From an uncultured Spirochaetota bacterium (GTDB taxonomy: Bacteria; Spirochaetota; UBA4802; UBA5550): a DNA stretch of 64,000 nucleotides. A program made the position numbers and the translations under genes. The stretch spans positions 256,001 to 320,000 of the forward strand of contig CAWHAA010000004.1 of NCBI GenBank assembly GCA_963827275.1, given 5' to 3'. Positions 19,546 through 30,491 of the stretch are shown here, piece by piece; position 1 is the first letter of the stretch; every line of letters starts with the position of its first letter. The notes under the pieces are model-generated. The model was given only the letters and a program-made list of their open reading frames with translations. It did not search any database and was not told the origin of the DNA.

Positions 19546-20262
19546 TCAGCGCGAATGCTTTAACTTCATTCCTTGTATGATAAGATCGGCAACACCCTTG
19601 TTGGTGATGTTCGCGAGGTTGATCACCAGGTCGTAGTTGTGGGGGTCGGTCACGTCGAATTTGACGTATTCCCGGATATAGTTTTCGCGGCGCGCGGTGT
19701 TGTCGATTACCAGCTTTTCCGCCTCCTTCTTGGAGAGGCTCTTGGTTTTCATCACGTGGCTGACCTTGTATTCCATCGGTGCAACCAGGTGCACGTGAAA
19801 GCCGCCCGTCATCCCCCTCGTGATGACGTTGGAGGCGCGGCCCACCAGGACGACGTTGCCGTGAGCGGCGAGGATGCGGATGGTCTGCGCAAGCTTCTGG
19901 TACACCGCGACCTGGGGGGGAAGGTCGCTTAACATGCCTTTCAGGATATCGGTCAGGTCGCGGAGCGCATCGTCGGTAAGGGTCTTTACGAGCGAGGAGG
20001 AGATGTCCATCTCTTCCATGACGCGGTCGAGCACCTGGCGTTCGTACGCGGCCCAGAGCGGCTCCGGGGTCTTGTCCGCGTTGTTCATTATCGTGGCGAT
20101 CTCCTTCGCGATAGCATAGCCGGAGCAGCCGTATTCCCGCGAGATGGTGATAAATTGCCTGAGGCCTTTTTTTTCATCCGGCGCGGTGAGTGAATTTTTC
20201 TGCTGCTGCCAGTACTTTACCTGAGCGTTTATGTACTTGTCCATCGTAGAGCTGTTCATCAC
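19546..20262 (-). CDS. Cytidylate kinase-like family protein
   Basis: ITISREYGCSG, VVLVGRAS and DPHNYDLVIN. Confidence 0.9.
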   Translation of the reverse strand: MMNSSTMDKYINAQVKYWQQQKNSLTAPDEKKGLRQFITISREYGCSGYAIAKEIATIMNNADKTPEPLWAAYERQVLDRVMEEMDISSSLVKTLTDDALRDLTDILKGMLSDLPPQVAVYQKLAQTIRILAAHGNVVLVGRASNVITRGMTGGFHVHLVAPMEYKVSHVMKTKSLSKKEAEKLVIDNTARRENYIREYVKFDVTDPHNYDLVINLANITNKGVADLIIQGMKLKHSR

Positions 20263-20456
20263 GAAACTCCTTGTTCAGCGGCGCGTGTCCGCCACGGGTA
20301 TTGTATAATTGCGTTACAATTCAGCGCCAGAGGTTCACTTCGGGTGCTGGTGCCAGTTTCCGATAAGAATTGCCGTCGTCGACTCCTGTGTACGAAATTT
20401 ATACGGGTAGGCAAAATATCAAGAACTTTTCATCGATTTTTTTTCAAAAATGATCG

Positions 20457-21320
20457 CTATGTATCTTCAAATTTGCGCAGTGTTCCGATCCTGCTTCCCA
20501 TTCGCACCCGGTCCCCCGGCGTGAAGCTGTCGAATTCAATTGCGCCTTTCTGGAAGAGCAGTATCACGGTCGATCCGAGGTGGAATACGCCGATTTCATC
20601 CCCGGCCCTTACCGGGACCCGCTCGCCGGGCTGGAAGAGCACCTCCTTCCTTCTGCGAAACGTCCGGTTGGTCTGTAAATCGCAATAAGAGAGGCGTATC
20701 TTTCCGACGTTCAGGGCGCCGACCTTGCAGACCGCAACGGTGCCCGCCGGCGAATCGATATAGGTGATCACCCGCTCGTTTTTCACAAAGAGGCCGGAGA
20801 GCTTCCGCACCATCCAGTCCTGGACTGTATAGAGGGTCCCGGGGAGATTGTAATATCCGGCGACGGTGCCGCTGACCGGCGCGTGAATCCGGTGATAATC
20901 GGACGGCGAGAGATAGAGGGTCATGAAGCTGCCCCAGAGAAATTTTCTGAACATGTCGGACGGAACAAGGTTCTGGAGCGAATACCCGATTCCCTTTGCC
21001 TGCATGATGGTCATGTCGCGTATCTCTCCGTACTGGTCGACGCGGGCGTCGACAGGGGAGACGGCGAAGTCGCCGGAGCGGTCGACCGGGTGGGAGCCTT
21101 CAGCCATTTCCCTGGTGAAAAACTGGTCAAGGTTTCTGAATCCGCCGGCCGGGACGATGTATTCTTCCCGCACGGCGAAGGCGGCCTTGTACCAGCGTAT
21201 GATGCGCTGCAGCAACGGCTGCGGCAGGGGGACCCCGGCGATGTATCCGAAGAGGCGTGAGATCAGGCTCAGCGGCAGTAGCTTGTACAGAACGATGGTC
21301 AGTGCTGCGGGCAATTTCAT
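20457..21320 (-). CDS. psd: Phosphatidylserine decarboxylase proenzyme
   Basis: FFTR, SPVDA, YLSPSDYHRIHAP, NER and the LGST autocleavage motif. Confidence 0.95.
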   Translation of the reverse strand: MKLPAALTIVLYKLLPLSLISRLFGYIAGVPLPQPLLQRIIRWYKAAFAVREEYIVPAGGFRNLDQFFTREMAEGSHPVDRSGDFAVSPVDARVDQYGEIRDMTIMQAKGIGYSLQNLVPSDMFRKFLWGSFMTLYLSPSDYHRIHAPVSGTVAGYYNLPGTLYTVQDWMVRKLSGLFVKNERVITYIDSPAGTVAVCKVGALNVGKIRLSYCDLQTNRTFRRRKEVLFQPGERVPVRAGDEIGVFHLGSTVILLFQKGAIEFDSFTPGDRVRMGSRIGTLRKFEDT

Positions 21321-21555
21321 GGCGGTACTTCCGGTACGGGTATGTTTCGAATTTTCAGATAGTTTATCTGGTATGTTGCGCGTGGCGTTGTGTCAAGTAT
21401 AAAAGATAGTTGGAGCTTATTGCCGATACCTGCCGGTCCGGTAACTCCTGCCGAAAAATTACCTGCTGTCATTTGCCCCGTGATGGCCAACTATATCTTG
21501 ACATTAATGCGCGAATGAATAATTGTTTGATTTAATTGATATCAGGTTGCGCAGG

Positions 21556-21978
21556 ATGATGAAACGGGCATTCATCTTTATGTTGTTAATGGCAGCGTGC
21601 CGGTGCGGCTGGGCGCAGGAGCGGTTCGCGCCCTGGGACGCTGACGTCGCCGTCGGCGACGAGGCCCTGCGCGCGGCGGAGGCCTGCCCGGCTTCTGCGG
21701 CCCATTGCCGTGGAATGGCCGGAGAGCCGGCGGCGGGGATATATGATTCATTCAGGGGCGGCGCCAACCTGATGATCCGCGTCTTCCAGCTCTGGATCTC
21801 GCCGCTTGACGGGCCGAGCTGCCGCTTCAGCCCCACCTGCAGCGCGTACGGGATTGCCGCGGTGCGGAAGCACGGCGCCGTCCTCGGCGGGTTCCTGGCG
21901 GGGGACCGGATCCTTCGCTGTAACCCGTTCACAAAACCCGGCAGGGACCCGGTGCCGGACATCCTGTTTGACAGATAA
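21556..21978 (+). CDS. YidD-like (membrane protein insertion efficiency factor) domain with N-terminal signal-like extension
   Basis: ISPLDGPSCRFSPTCSAY...RILRCNPF...DPV. Confidence 0.88.
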   Translation: MMKRAFIFMLLMAACRCGWAQERFAPWDADVAVGDEALRAAEACPASAAHCRGMAGEPAAGIYDSFRGGANLMIRVFQLWISPLDGPSCRFSPTCSAYGIAAVRKHGAVLGGFLAGDRILRCNPFTKPGRDPVPDILFDR

Positions 21979-21985
21979 CCCCCGC

Positions 21986-22895
21986 ATGAAATATGTCATC
22001 ATAGCTTCGGTATTATTGCTCCTGGCCCTCCCGCCTGTCCGCCGCGGACGGAAGCGCCCTCGCCGGCAGGCAGAAAAGCTTTGTGATGGACCTCTTTTCG
22101 CAGAAACGATATTTCGACGCCATCGCCGAGACGCGGAGGCTCATGGCTTTTGATCCCCGGATCGGCCTCAACCCTGATTACGAATTCTTCATTAACGCGA
22201 ATTATTTCCTGGGCGGACAATACGGGACCGCGGTGAAAAACATCACGGCAAAGCCCGGGCCCCTGGATCCCCGCGAGGGGATACTCCTTTCGCAGTCGTA
22301 TCTGAAGCTGGGCATGAACGCCGATTCCCTTGCGGCCGCGTGTGCCATATCGTACAAACGGGCGGAGGCGTCGGCACGGTATGCGCTCCTTGCACGCAAG
22401 GCGGAAGCGTACCTCGAGTGCGGGAAGTACGGGGAGCTGCTCGATGAGATAACCGCGGCGGAGCGGTACGTCGGGGAGCGGGAGAAGATCGCGCGGCTGC
22501 GGGACGAGGTTGCGCGGTACGGGGGGCTCCGCCGCCGGTCGGTGCCGCTTGCGGTCGCGCTCTCGGTGTTCATCCCCGGCGCGGGCCAGATGTACGCGGG
22601 CAGGTACCTTGCGGGCGCCATGAGCTTTCTCGGCGTTGCCGCCGCGGCGGGCGGCGCCTGTTATTTTTACCGCCGCGAGATGAATGACCTCGCGTACGTG
22701 TTCATCTTTTTGTCGTCGCTGCTGTATGCCGGCAACATCTACGGCGCGTTCAACGCCGCCCAATCGGCGAACCTTGAAGCCGGCAGCGCCTACAGGGAGA
22801 CGGTACGGAAAAAATGCATTCCTGAATATGACCCGGCGGCCGACGCGCGGATCGACTCGCTCTTCCCCCGGGGGCAGGGAGGAGATGTGCCGTGA
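21986..22895 (+). CDS. Exported TPR-like protein with C-terminal TM2-like hairpin; frameshift near 22040
   Basis: MKYVIIASVLLLLALPPV joins the 22083 frame; SVFIPGAGQMYAG and YAGNIYGA. Confidence 0.7.
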
Positions 22896-23770
22896 TGAGC
22901 GGAAGGAGCAGGGCGGGGGCGGCGCTCGCGGCCGCCCTGTTGGTCGCGATATGCGGCAGTGCCGCGCGCGCCGGCGAGGCGGATATGCTGGACCTGGCGG
23001 AGCGGTATTATAAGAGCGGCGACTATTACTCGACGATCACCGAGATCATGCGGTACCGCTTCATCTATCCCTCGGGCAATCATACGCCGCGCGTAATGCT
23101 CCTGATGGGCAAGGCATACTGGAAAGGGAACAACATCAGGAAAGCGGCGGAACTCATGAATGCCTGCCACGCCGGCTTTCCCGGGTCTGCCGAAGGCGAG
23201 GAGGCGCTCTACCTGGCCGGTTTCATCCCGCTTACGGGCGGTATGCCGGTGGAGGCGATGCAGGCGCAGGACGCGTACCGCGCCGCCTACCGGCACGGCA
23301 GGTTCATGGAGGAACTGGCGCGCGACGCGTGCGCCGCGCCCGCGCTCGCCATGGACCTGCGCGGCGCCCTCAGCAACATCGGGGCCTACCGCTGGCGGTA
23401 CCCGGGCGGGAGATACGCCGGGGACATGGACCGCCTGGAGGGGGCGATCGCGGAGGAGACGCGCCGGCCGCGCCGGCACCTGTGGGCCTCGGTGCTCGGG
23501 TCGGTGTTCATCCCCGGCTTCGGGCATTTTTACACGGGGAATTACGCTACCGGGGTCCTTACCTTGTTCACCAACGCGCTGTGCGGGTTCATGATATACA
23601 ACGCGAGCCGGCGCCATGACACGTTCCAGACCGTCCTCTTCAGCGTCGCCGGCGCGGCGGTGTACCAGTACAACATCTTCAGCGCCATCAGGGTCGTGGA
23701 TGAATACAACGGGAAGCGGGACCGGGAATTTTTCAGGAAGGTGCGGCTGGGGATCAGCTCGGCGTTCTGA
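22892..23770 (+). CDS. Exported BamD-like TPR protein with C-terminal TM2-like hairpin
   Basis: Signal peptide; YPSG, FPGS and YPGG TPR turns; SVFIPGFGHFYTG and YQYNIFSA. Confidence 0.75.
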   Translation: MMSGRSRAGAALAAALLVAICGSAARAGEADMLDLAERYYKSGDYYSTITEIMRYRFIYPSGNHTPRVMLLMGKAYWKGNNIRKAAELMNACHAGFPGSAEGEEALYLAGFIPLTGGMPVEAMQAQDAYRAAYRHGRFMEELARDACAAPALAMDLRGALSNIGAYRWRYPGGRYAGDMDRLEGAIAEETRRPRRHLWASVLGSVFIPGFGHFYTGNYATGVLTLFTNALCGFMIYNASRRHDTFQTVLFSVAGAAVYQYNIFSAIRVVDEYNGKRDREFFRKVRLGISSAF

Positions 23771-23870
23771 GCGGTGCGCAATGGACAACGCAATATCTGG
23801 CAGGCGATTTTACAATAAATAGTTGATTCCCGCACTGCCCGGTCATCTACTGTCCGGCACGGAGGAAGCC

Positions 23871-24659
23871 ATGAATATGTTCGATGAAGATGTCGCGGTG
23901 GTGGAGACTGGCGCCGGCGTGTTCGAGGGAACGGTCTCCGGCAACTGGTCGGTGAACGGCAATCCCAACGGGGGCTACCTCATGGCGATCCTGGCCGGCG
24001 CGATGACGGCGCGCTCCGAAAAGAAATCGACGCCGATCGTGACGGCAAACTATATCGCGCGGTGCGTCCCGGGAAAGGTGGAGGTCCGCCTCGAGGAGGT
24101 CTCGCGCACGGCGCAGTTCAACCGCTACGACGCCAGGCTCCTCCAGGACGGGAAGGAGAAGATCCGCGCCCTGGGGACGTGGGCGGTTGAAAAAAACGAC
24201 TGCGCCATGGAGCGCTACGAGACCGGCGCGCCGGAACTCGCGCCCGTGGCATCCTGCGTGCAGATACCCGAGATACCGCTGTACACCCTCTTCCACAACC
24301 TTGACATGCGCCTGGACCCGGCAAGCGCGTTGTGGATCCAGGGGAAGACGGCGGAGAAATCAGAGCAGAAGGGCTGGGTGAAATTCAGGGACGGCCGCCG
24401 CTACGACCTCCTGTCCCTCTTCCTCATCGCGGACTCCATCCCGCCGGCGATCTTCGTGAGCCAGGGACCGGCGGCATGGGTGCCCACCATCGAGCTTTCC
24501 ACAAACATCAGGAACATGCCGCAGACCGAGTGGCTCAGGTTCAGCCTCCGGACCCGCTTTGTCACCTGCGGGCTCCTTGAAGCGGACGGCGAGGTGTGGG
24601 ACGACGCGGGTAACCTCGTTTCGATTTCACGGCAGATCGCGCAGATACGGAAGATCTGA
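23871..24659 (+). CDS. Double hot-dog acyl-CoA thioesterase family
   Basis: WSVNGNPNGGYL, ADSIPP, WVPTIELS and DGEVWDDAG. Confidence 0.9.
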   Translation: MNMFDEDVAVVETGAGVFEGTVSGNWSVNGNPNGGYLMAILAGAMTARSEKKSTPIVTANYIARCVPGKVEVRLEEVSRTAQFNRYDARLLQDGKEKIRALGTWAVEKNDCAMERYETGAPELAPVASCVQIPEIPLYTLFHNLDMRLDPASALWIQGKTAEKSEQKGWVKFRDGRRYDLLSLFLIADSIPPAIFVSQGPAAWVPTIELSTNIRNMPQTEWLRFSLRTRFVTCGLLEADGEVWDDAGNLVSISRQIAQIRKI

Positions 24660-24720
24660 GCGCCCCTGCGTCCTTTGTGATGAACAATGCAATCGGTTTG
24701 TATGCAGCATTGTCAAGATC

Positions 24721-24872
24721 AACCACGGAGGATACAGAGCGCCGGTCGTTTTGCTAAGGCTTGAGGATACAATCTCATATTAAGTCATACTATAAAAGTT
24801 ACAAGCGTAATTGAAAGAAATATCTGAAGAAAACAACCGATCCTCTGTGTCCTCTGTAAACTCTAAGGTGAA
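24721..24872. repeat. Degenerate inverted-repeat (MITE/REP-like) remnant
   Basis: GAGGATACAGAG near 24728 versus CTCTGTGTCCTC near 24843, flanking an AT-rich non-coding core. Confidence 0.4.
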
Positions 24873-24957
24873 TTATTGATGAGCATGTTGCGCGGGCTGA
24901 ATATTTTTATTGCAATCTGCGGCGCCGTATGCTATACTATTGATCGAGGTACGGGGA

Positions 24958-25614
24958 ATGGATGATCTTCTTGAAGAAAGCGGCGGCCTCGCCGACCCGG
25001 TTGAAGAGGAGAGCGCGGTCAGGCTCATAGATTTTGACGACCTCCTGAGGAACAATGACATCGAGACCGCGGCCCAGCGTCTTTCCGAGGGCGCCTTCGA
25101 GATCGCCGACTTCATGAAGAAGGACATTATCGACCGCTTTCTCGAATTCATATTTTTCAAGATATCCACCGGGAGCATGGACATCCCGAACATGGCGTAT
25201 CCCACAAAGCGCATGCTCGACAGGGAGCTGGAAAAAAAGATCATCGAGCTTATCAATAACCACCTCTACCCGGAAATAATATTCAGGCTCCTCAAGTTTT
25301 TTACCCGTAATGTCCATGACGCGGACACGAACCTGTATATGGCCAACCTGATTTATTCGGAAGATATCATCAAATCGATCTATGACACCTATGCTCTTTT
25401 CAAGAAGGATATTTTCAAGGATGACCGGGACCGCCGGACCCTGAACGTCAAGCGGATGCAGCAGTATTCGTCCCGCTCCGACAACAAGCTGTCGTCGCCG
25501 CTTGACGCGGCAGCGCGCCTGAAGTATATCCTCGAGTTTTTCCTGGTCAAATACGATGTGTCCCACCTGTATACGAAGGAAGACCTTCGCCTGTGGCGGC
25601 CGGGGCAGGTTTAG
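24958..25614 (+). CDS. Hypothetical protein
   Basis: 218-aa open frame with GAGG upstream and genome-typical codon use. Confidence 0.75.
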   Translation: MDDLLEESGGLADPVEEESAVRLIDFDDLLRNNDIETAAQRLSEGAFEIADFMKKDIIDRFLEFIFFKISTGSMDIPNMAYPTKRMLDRELEKKIIELINNHLYPEIIFRLLKFFTRNVHDADTNLYMANLIYSEDIIKSIYDTYALFKKDIFKDDRDRRTLNVKRMQQYSSRSDNKLSSPLDAAARLKYILEFFLVKYDVSHLYTKEDLRLWRPGQV

Positions 25615-26030
25615 TAGTTCCTGTGGCCGTGGATCTTCTCGACGACGTCGTCATTGCTCCGCTCCACCTCGTTGAGGTAGATGTTTTCAAAACGCTGTGA
25701 ATCCCTGAAGGTCGTCTCGTTATAGCGCGGCTCATAGGTGCGGATAAGCCAGTACATGATGTCCTGCACGTCCTTCACCGTGCCTTCGTCCACGATGGTG
25801 AACTTGAAATAGAGCTGTGTCAGGTCCAGCTCCTTGATGATCTCGGGATACTTGGTCGAATACGGGTCCATGAATTTCTTGAACCCGACCCTGCAGCCGT
25901 CGCGGTGGCAGCTGTAAAAGATGAGGTAGTCTGTCCGCGACTGGTTCATGTACAGGAGCGCGATGATGCCGCCGAGCTCCGGCATTTTCCTCATCGCGTC
26001 AAAGCGGTCGTAGGGATGGGGGGCGACCAT
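25611..26030 (-). CDS. Hypothetical protein
   Basis: 139-aa ORF, genome-typical codon use, stop overlaps the convergent gene. Confidence 0.7.
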   Translation of the reverse strand: MVAPHPYDRFDAMRKMPELGGIIALLYMNQSRTDYLIFYSCHRDGCRVGFKKFMDPYSTKYPEIIKELDLTQLYFKFTIVDEGTVKDVQDIMYWLIRTYEPRYNETTFRDSQRFENIYLNEVERSNDDVVEKIHGHRNY

Positions 26031-26158
26031 GCCAGCGTATAATACACTTCGTTGCCGATCACTGTTTTTTTCATAGCCATCCTTTCCTTCAGCGGTTATC
26101 TGTATTTGTTCCCGCGATATTTGTCAACCGGTATATGCGGCGGAAACGGCGTTCGGGC

Positions 26159-27507
26159 CTACTGCGCCTTGATGCTTCCGATCCTGGCAATAACCCGGAT
26201 GAAGTAAAATCCGAAATTGGACAGGTTCTCACCCTCGCGGAGGTATATCCGCTTGATGATGAAGGCGCAGGCAAACTTTTTCATGTCCATGCTTTTTATG
26301 ATCTTGAAAAGAGCGCTGAAGCTCTCCTCGAAGAATATGGTGAACATCATCGTGAGAAACTGCTCGATCTGTTCCTGGTTCTGGCCCGAGTAGAATTTCG
26401 AAAAGCTCTCCTTGCGGTCGAAGTAAAGAAATTTTTCCGCGAAGGTCTTCACCCCGTAGTCCTGGACCAGGAGATAGCTCACGACATATACGGCCTCCGC
26501 GGCGAACTTGGCCATGTCGGTCCTGAGCTTGAACGACTGGAAGAGCAGGGCCGTCTTTTCTTTATCGATTCTTCCGGGATGTCGCGCAGGGAGGCGTGCC
26601 CTTCGGGCTCGAATATGGCGCTGATGGTCCGGTCGATCATGCCGCCGTACTGCCTGCCGAACGGGGTCATCATCATGCGGTCGGTGAAGGATTCGGAACG
26701 CGGGTGGTGCGGGGCGAAGTCCGGGCCCGGTGCCGTTTCGGCCTGTACCGCTTCGCGCGCCGTTTCGCGCGTTGTCTGCATCTTGTTGTACATCACCGCG
26801 TGGAACCTGTCCAGCGTCTCACGGACCCTGACGCCGATCTCGTGGATCGAGAGGCGCGGGGCCCTTTTGAGGAGGAGGACTTTCTTCTTGGAGATGTCGT
26901 CCTCGTTGAAGAAAAATTTGATGTAGGTGCGGTCGTTGTAGAAGTCATGGCGGTTGAGCATGGTGCTGTAGGCGTCGTGCAGGGAGGCCGCAATGATGCC
27001 GTGCTGGGCCTTGGTCGATATGGCGAGCCCCATCTCGCTCAGGTCCATGAATGACTTCACGTGGCCCCTGAGCTCGTTCAGCGGTATGGCCAGGGTGGTG
27101 TTGTTCTTGCCCATGTTCACGTTGTACTGCTGGACCTGGTGCGTGAGGCGGTTTTCCAGCACGTTTTTCAGGTTGATGAATGACGAGATGCCTTCCGGGT
27201 TTTCAAAATCTGAAAAGATCAGGGATATGTATTCCACCTCGAGGTCCTTGGAGCCCTTGAGCGCCACGTTGTATATCCGCGTTATGGCCTGTATGTTCTC
27301 GAGGAGCTTGACGACCATGCTTGTCTGGTGGCTGTTGAGCCGGTAGTTGAAGTTGATGAGGCCGGAGATTTTTCCCTCGTTCAGGATTTCGGCGTAATCC
27401 GTCAGCTTGTTTATTATTTTGTTGAAGACGTTGTAGTCGATGAAATTTAAAATTTCATCCAGCAGCCCCTCGGGCTGAACGTCTTCCTGTCTTTTCTCAT
27501 CCGCCAT
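26159..27507 (-). CDS. Hypothetical protein split by a frameshift near 26557
   Basis: Adding one A in the A-run joins IPEESIKK to KTALLFQSFKLRTDMAKFAAE. Confidence 0.65.
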
Positions 27508-27663
27508 GTCGCCTTTCTCCATGCAGGTACACAGCATTATACACGGATCGGACTGTTATGTAAACAAAAAAATTGGGCGGCGACGGCGGGTAAAATCTTC
27601 TTGAATATGCGGACCGGGCATGTATGATGTCCCACGTAAATTTTTGTACCGGCGGAGTGCCGC

Positions 27664-28340
27664 ATGATCCTTCGCGTAGAAAATATCCGGAAAGAGTACC
27701 GGATTGCCGGCGTCAGAAAAAACGTCCTGTCCGGAATAGACCTTCTTCTCACCGCGGGCCAGATATGCGCGATAACCGGCGCATCCGGCTGCGGGAAGAC
27801 CACGCTCATGAACGTCATCGCCGGCATTACCGCGCCGGACGGCGGAACGGTTTCGATCAACGACCGGCGGATGCGCTATGCGCTGGACATGCTATCCTCG
27901 CGGCGCCGCAACCGGGAGATCGGTTTTATCTTCCAGACCTTCCGGCTCCTGAACGACGAGACGGTGCTCTCCAATGTCCTCCTGCCGGCGCGGATACGCG
28001 GCCGGGTCGGACGCTGAGACGAGGGAGCGCGCCGATGAAATGATCGGAGCGCCTCCGGATCTACAAGTTACCGGAAGACGAAGGCGGCCATCCTCTCCGG
28101 CGGGCAGAAGCAGCGGGTCGCGATCGCGCGCGCCCTGGTGAACCGGCCCGGCCCTGATCCTCGCCGACGAGCCCACCGCGAACCTCGACAAAAGGACCGC
28201 CCGGGAGATATTCGATATTCTGTTCGATTTGAAAAAGGAGGGGAAGGCGGTGCTTATCGTGACGCACGACGAGTATTGTTCATAGGAAGGCGGACCTGGT
28301 GTATGCCATGGAAGACGGGAGACTGAAGGCGGCCGTATGA
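27664..28340 (+). CDS. ABC transporter ATP-binding protein (LolD/MacB-like), multiple frameshifts
   Basis: [39 protein letters not shown] and VTHD spread across frames. Confidence 0.85.
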
Positions 28341-29647
28341 TACAGAAGCTCTACCTTCTCGGCAAGGAGCTGGCGGGCAACAGGTTTATCAGCGCCATCG
28401 TGCTCCTGTCGGTGTTCCTCTCGGTGTTCGCCGTCGGCCTCTACCGCGTCGCGGGCGACGGGCTGGCGCGCTACGTGCAGCGACCGTTTCGCCGCCTCGA
28501 TACCGCCGAACACCATCAGGGTGTCCACCCGGCAGCCGCGCTCGCTCTTCCTGTTCGAGCTGGAGCGGCCGAAGGCCGCGGGCATCGGCGACGGGACGCT
28601 GCGGGCGATCGTCCGCCTGGGCGGGGTCACTGAAATCAATCCCGTGGCCGCCCTGCGGATCCCGGTCCAGGCGCGGGTATCGTACATGGGCTACAATTAC
28701 CGGAGCGACATCCTTGCCTTCGGCGTGCCGTACCGTCTTGTCGCCGGCGACCTGGCCGGGACACGATATCGCAGGATGTGGAACGACCCCGCCCGGGAGA
28801 AGGTGATACCCGTCCTGGTGCCGCGCACCATACTGCGCTCGTTCAACGACGGCATGGCGGCGGCGAACGGCCTTCCCCGCGTATCGGAGCGGGGAACGGT
28901 CGGCTTCGGTTTCAGGCTCCTCGTGGGAAAGTCGAGCATCAGGGCCCTGGAGGGACACGAGGAATCGGACGCGGTCGTCGCGGGGTTCACGGACCAGGTC
29001 GATTCCTTCGCCCTGCATCCTTCCGCTGGACCTGGTTACCGCCTACAACGCCAGGTTCTTCCCGGGCCACCGCAACGAATACCAGTACGCGTATGTGAAG
29101 GTGAAGGATCACGCGGCGCTCGTGAGGGTCACGTCCCGGGATACAGAAGATGGGGCTGGTCGTCGAGTCGGAGAAGGCCGTTTCACGGCAGATACTGAAG
29201 CTCAGGGAGACCATCGCGCTGGTCATCGGCATGCTCCAGGCGGTGATCATCATCATCGCGGTCATCGCCATCTCCTTGGCGACGATGATTGCGACCATGT
29301 TCAACCGCATCGAGTATTACCGCATCCTGCGGGTCCTCGGCGCGTCGAGGACTCTTCCTGACAGCGACCATCGTGATAAAGTACGCCCTCCTCGGGCTTG
29401 CCGGCGCCTGGGGCGGGCTGCGCTCCTGCTGGCAGTATGTCACGGGGCAGGTTGCGGAGTATTTCAACCTCACCGGCATCATGGTGCCGGCGGCCGTGCC
29501 CGACGATACATTTCGCAGATCCTCTTCTACGGCACGCTGGTCCCGGTGCTCTCCGCGGTCCCGGCCCTGGTACGGCTCTATTTCAAGGGGTTGAGCGGGG
29601 ACTTAGCGCCTGCCATGTGTCACGGGGATCTTTTCTTGCGGCAGTAA
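28337..29647 (+). CDS. FtsX-like ABC transporter permease, multiple frameshifts
   Basis: N-terminal TM, periplasmic segment, and EYYRILRVLGAS motif with C-terminal TMs across frames; end approximate. Confidence 0.7.
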
Positions 29648-29730
29648 AAAATACATTGACGAAAATAATTGGCGGCGATGTAATAATTCTCGAATTCCAT
29701 CTATTGATAGTATTCAGGAGAGTATCATAT

Positions 29731-30491
29731 ATGTTTAACCGTATGGTTTCGTGGCTCTTTTTTGTCTTTCGTGGCAGTGACCTCGATATCTTTTCTATCT
29801 CATTGCCGCTGCTTATCAGGCTCGTTACCTATCCCTTTGACCGGCGGCTCCGGCTCCTCCATCTCTTCACCTGCTTCTGGGCGTCGCTCTATACCTGGAT
29901 CATGCCGTCCTGGCGGATCAAGGTCGAGGGGAGGGAGAAGGTCAGGAAGAACGCCACATACATGGTCGTGTCGAACCACCAGTCCCAGCTCGACATCCTG
30001 GTCGCCTTCAGGCTCTTCTTCCATTACAAGTGGGTGTCGAAGATCGAGATGTTCAAGGTGCCGCTCATCGGCTGGAACATGACCTGAACCGCTACGTCAA
30101 GCTGAAGCGGGGCGACAAGGAGAGCATCGAGCAGATGATGAGGGACTGCGAGGAGCGCCTCGCAGAGGGGAGCTCCGTGTTCTTCTTTCCCGAGGGGACC
30201 GGTCGCCGGACGGCGTCGTGAAGTCCTTCAAGATGGGCGCGTTTCAGCTCGCGAAGAAGATGAAGATCCCCATCCTTCCCATCGTGATCAGCGGCACGAA
30301 CAAGGCGCTCCCGAAATACAGCGTCAATTTCCACGGCGTGCAGAAGATCTATCTCAAGATATTTCGCCGAGATCTCCTACAAAACGTTTGAAAATCTGTC
30401 TGTTGAAGAGACCGCTGACATGGTGCGGAATTTTATCATCGAGAAACTGAAGATCATGGACCGGTATACCCTGGGGAGTGATCCCAAATGA
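29731..30491 (+). CDS. plsC: 1-acyl-sn-glycerol-3-phosphate acyltransferase, multiple frameshifts
   Basis: SNHQSQLD (HX4D), FFPEGT, FKMGAF and PILPIVI in successive frames. Confidence 0.85.

Noticed and set aside
27664..30491. Programmed frameshifting or phase variation in the ABC and plsC genes
   Set aside because: Too many scattered indels, without long simple-sequence tracts or slippery heptamers with downstream structure
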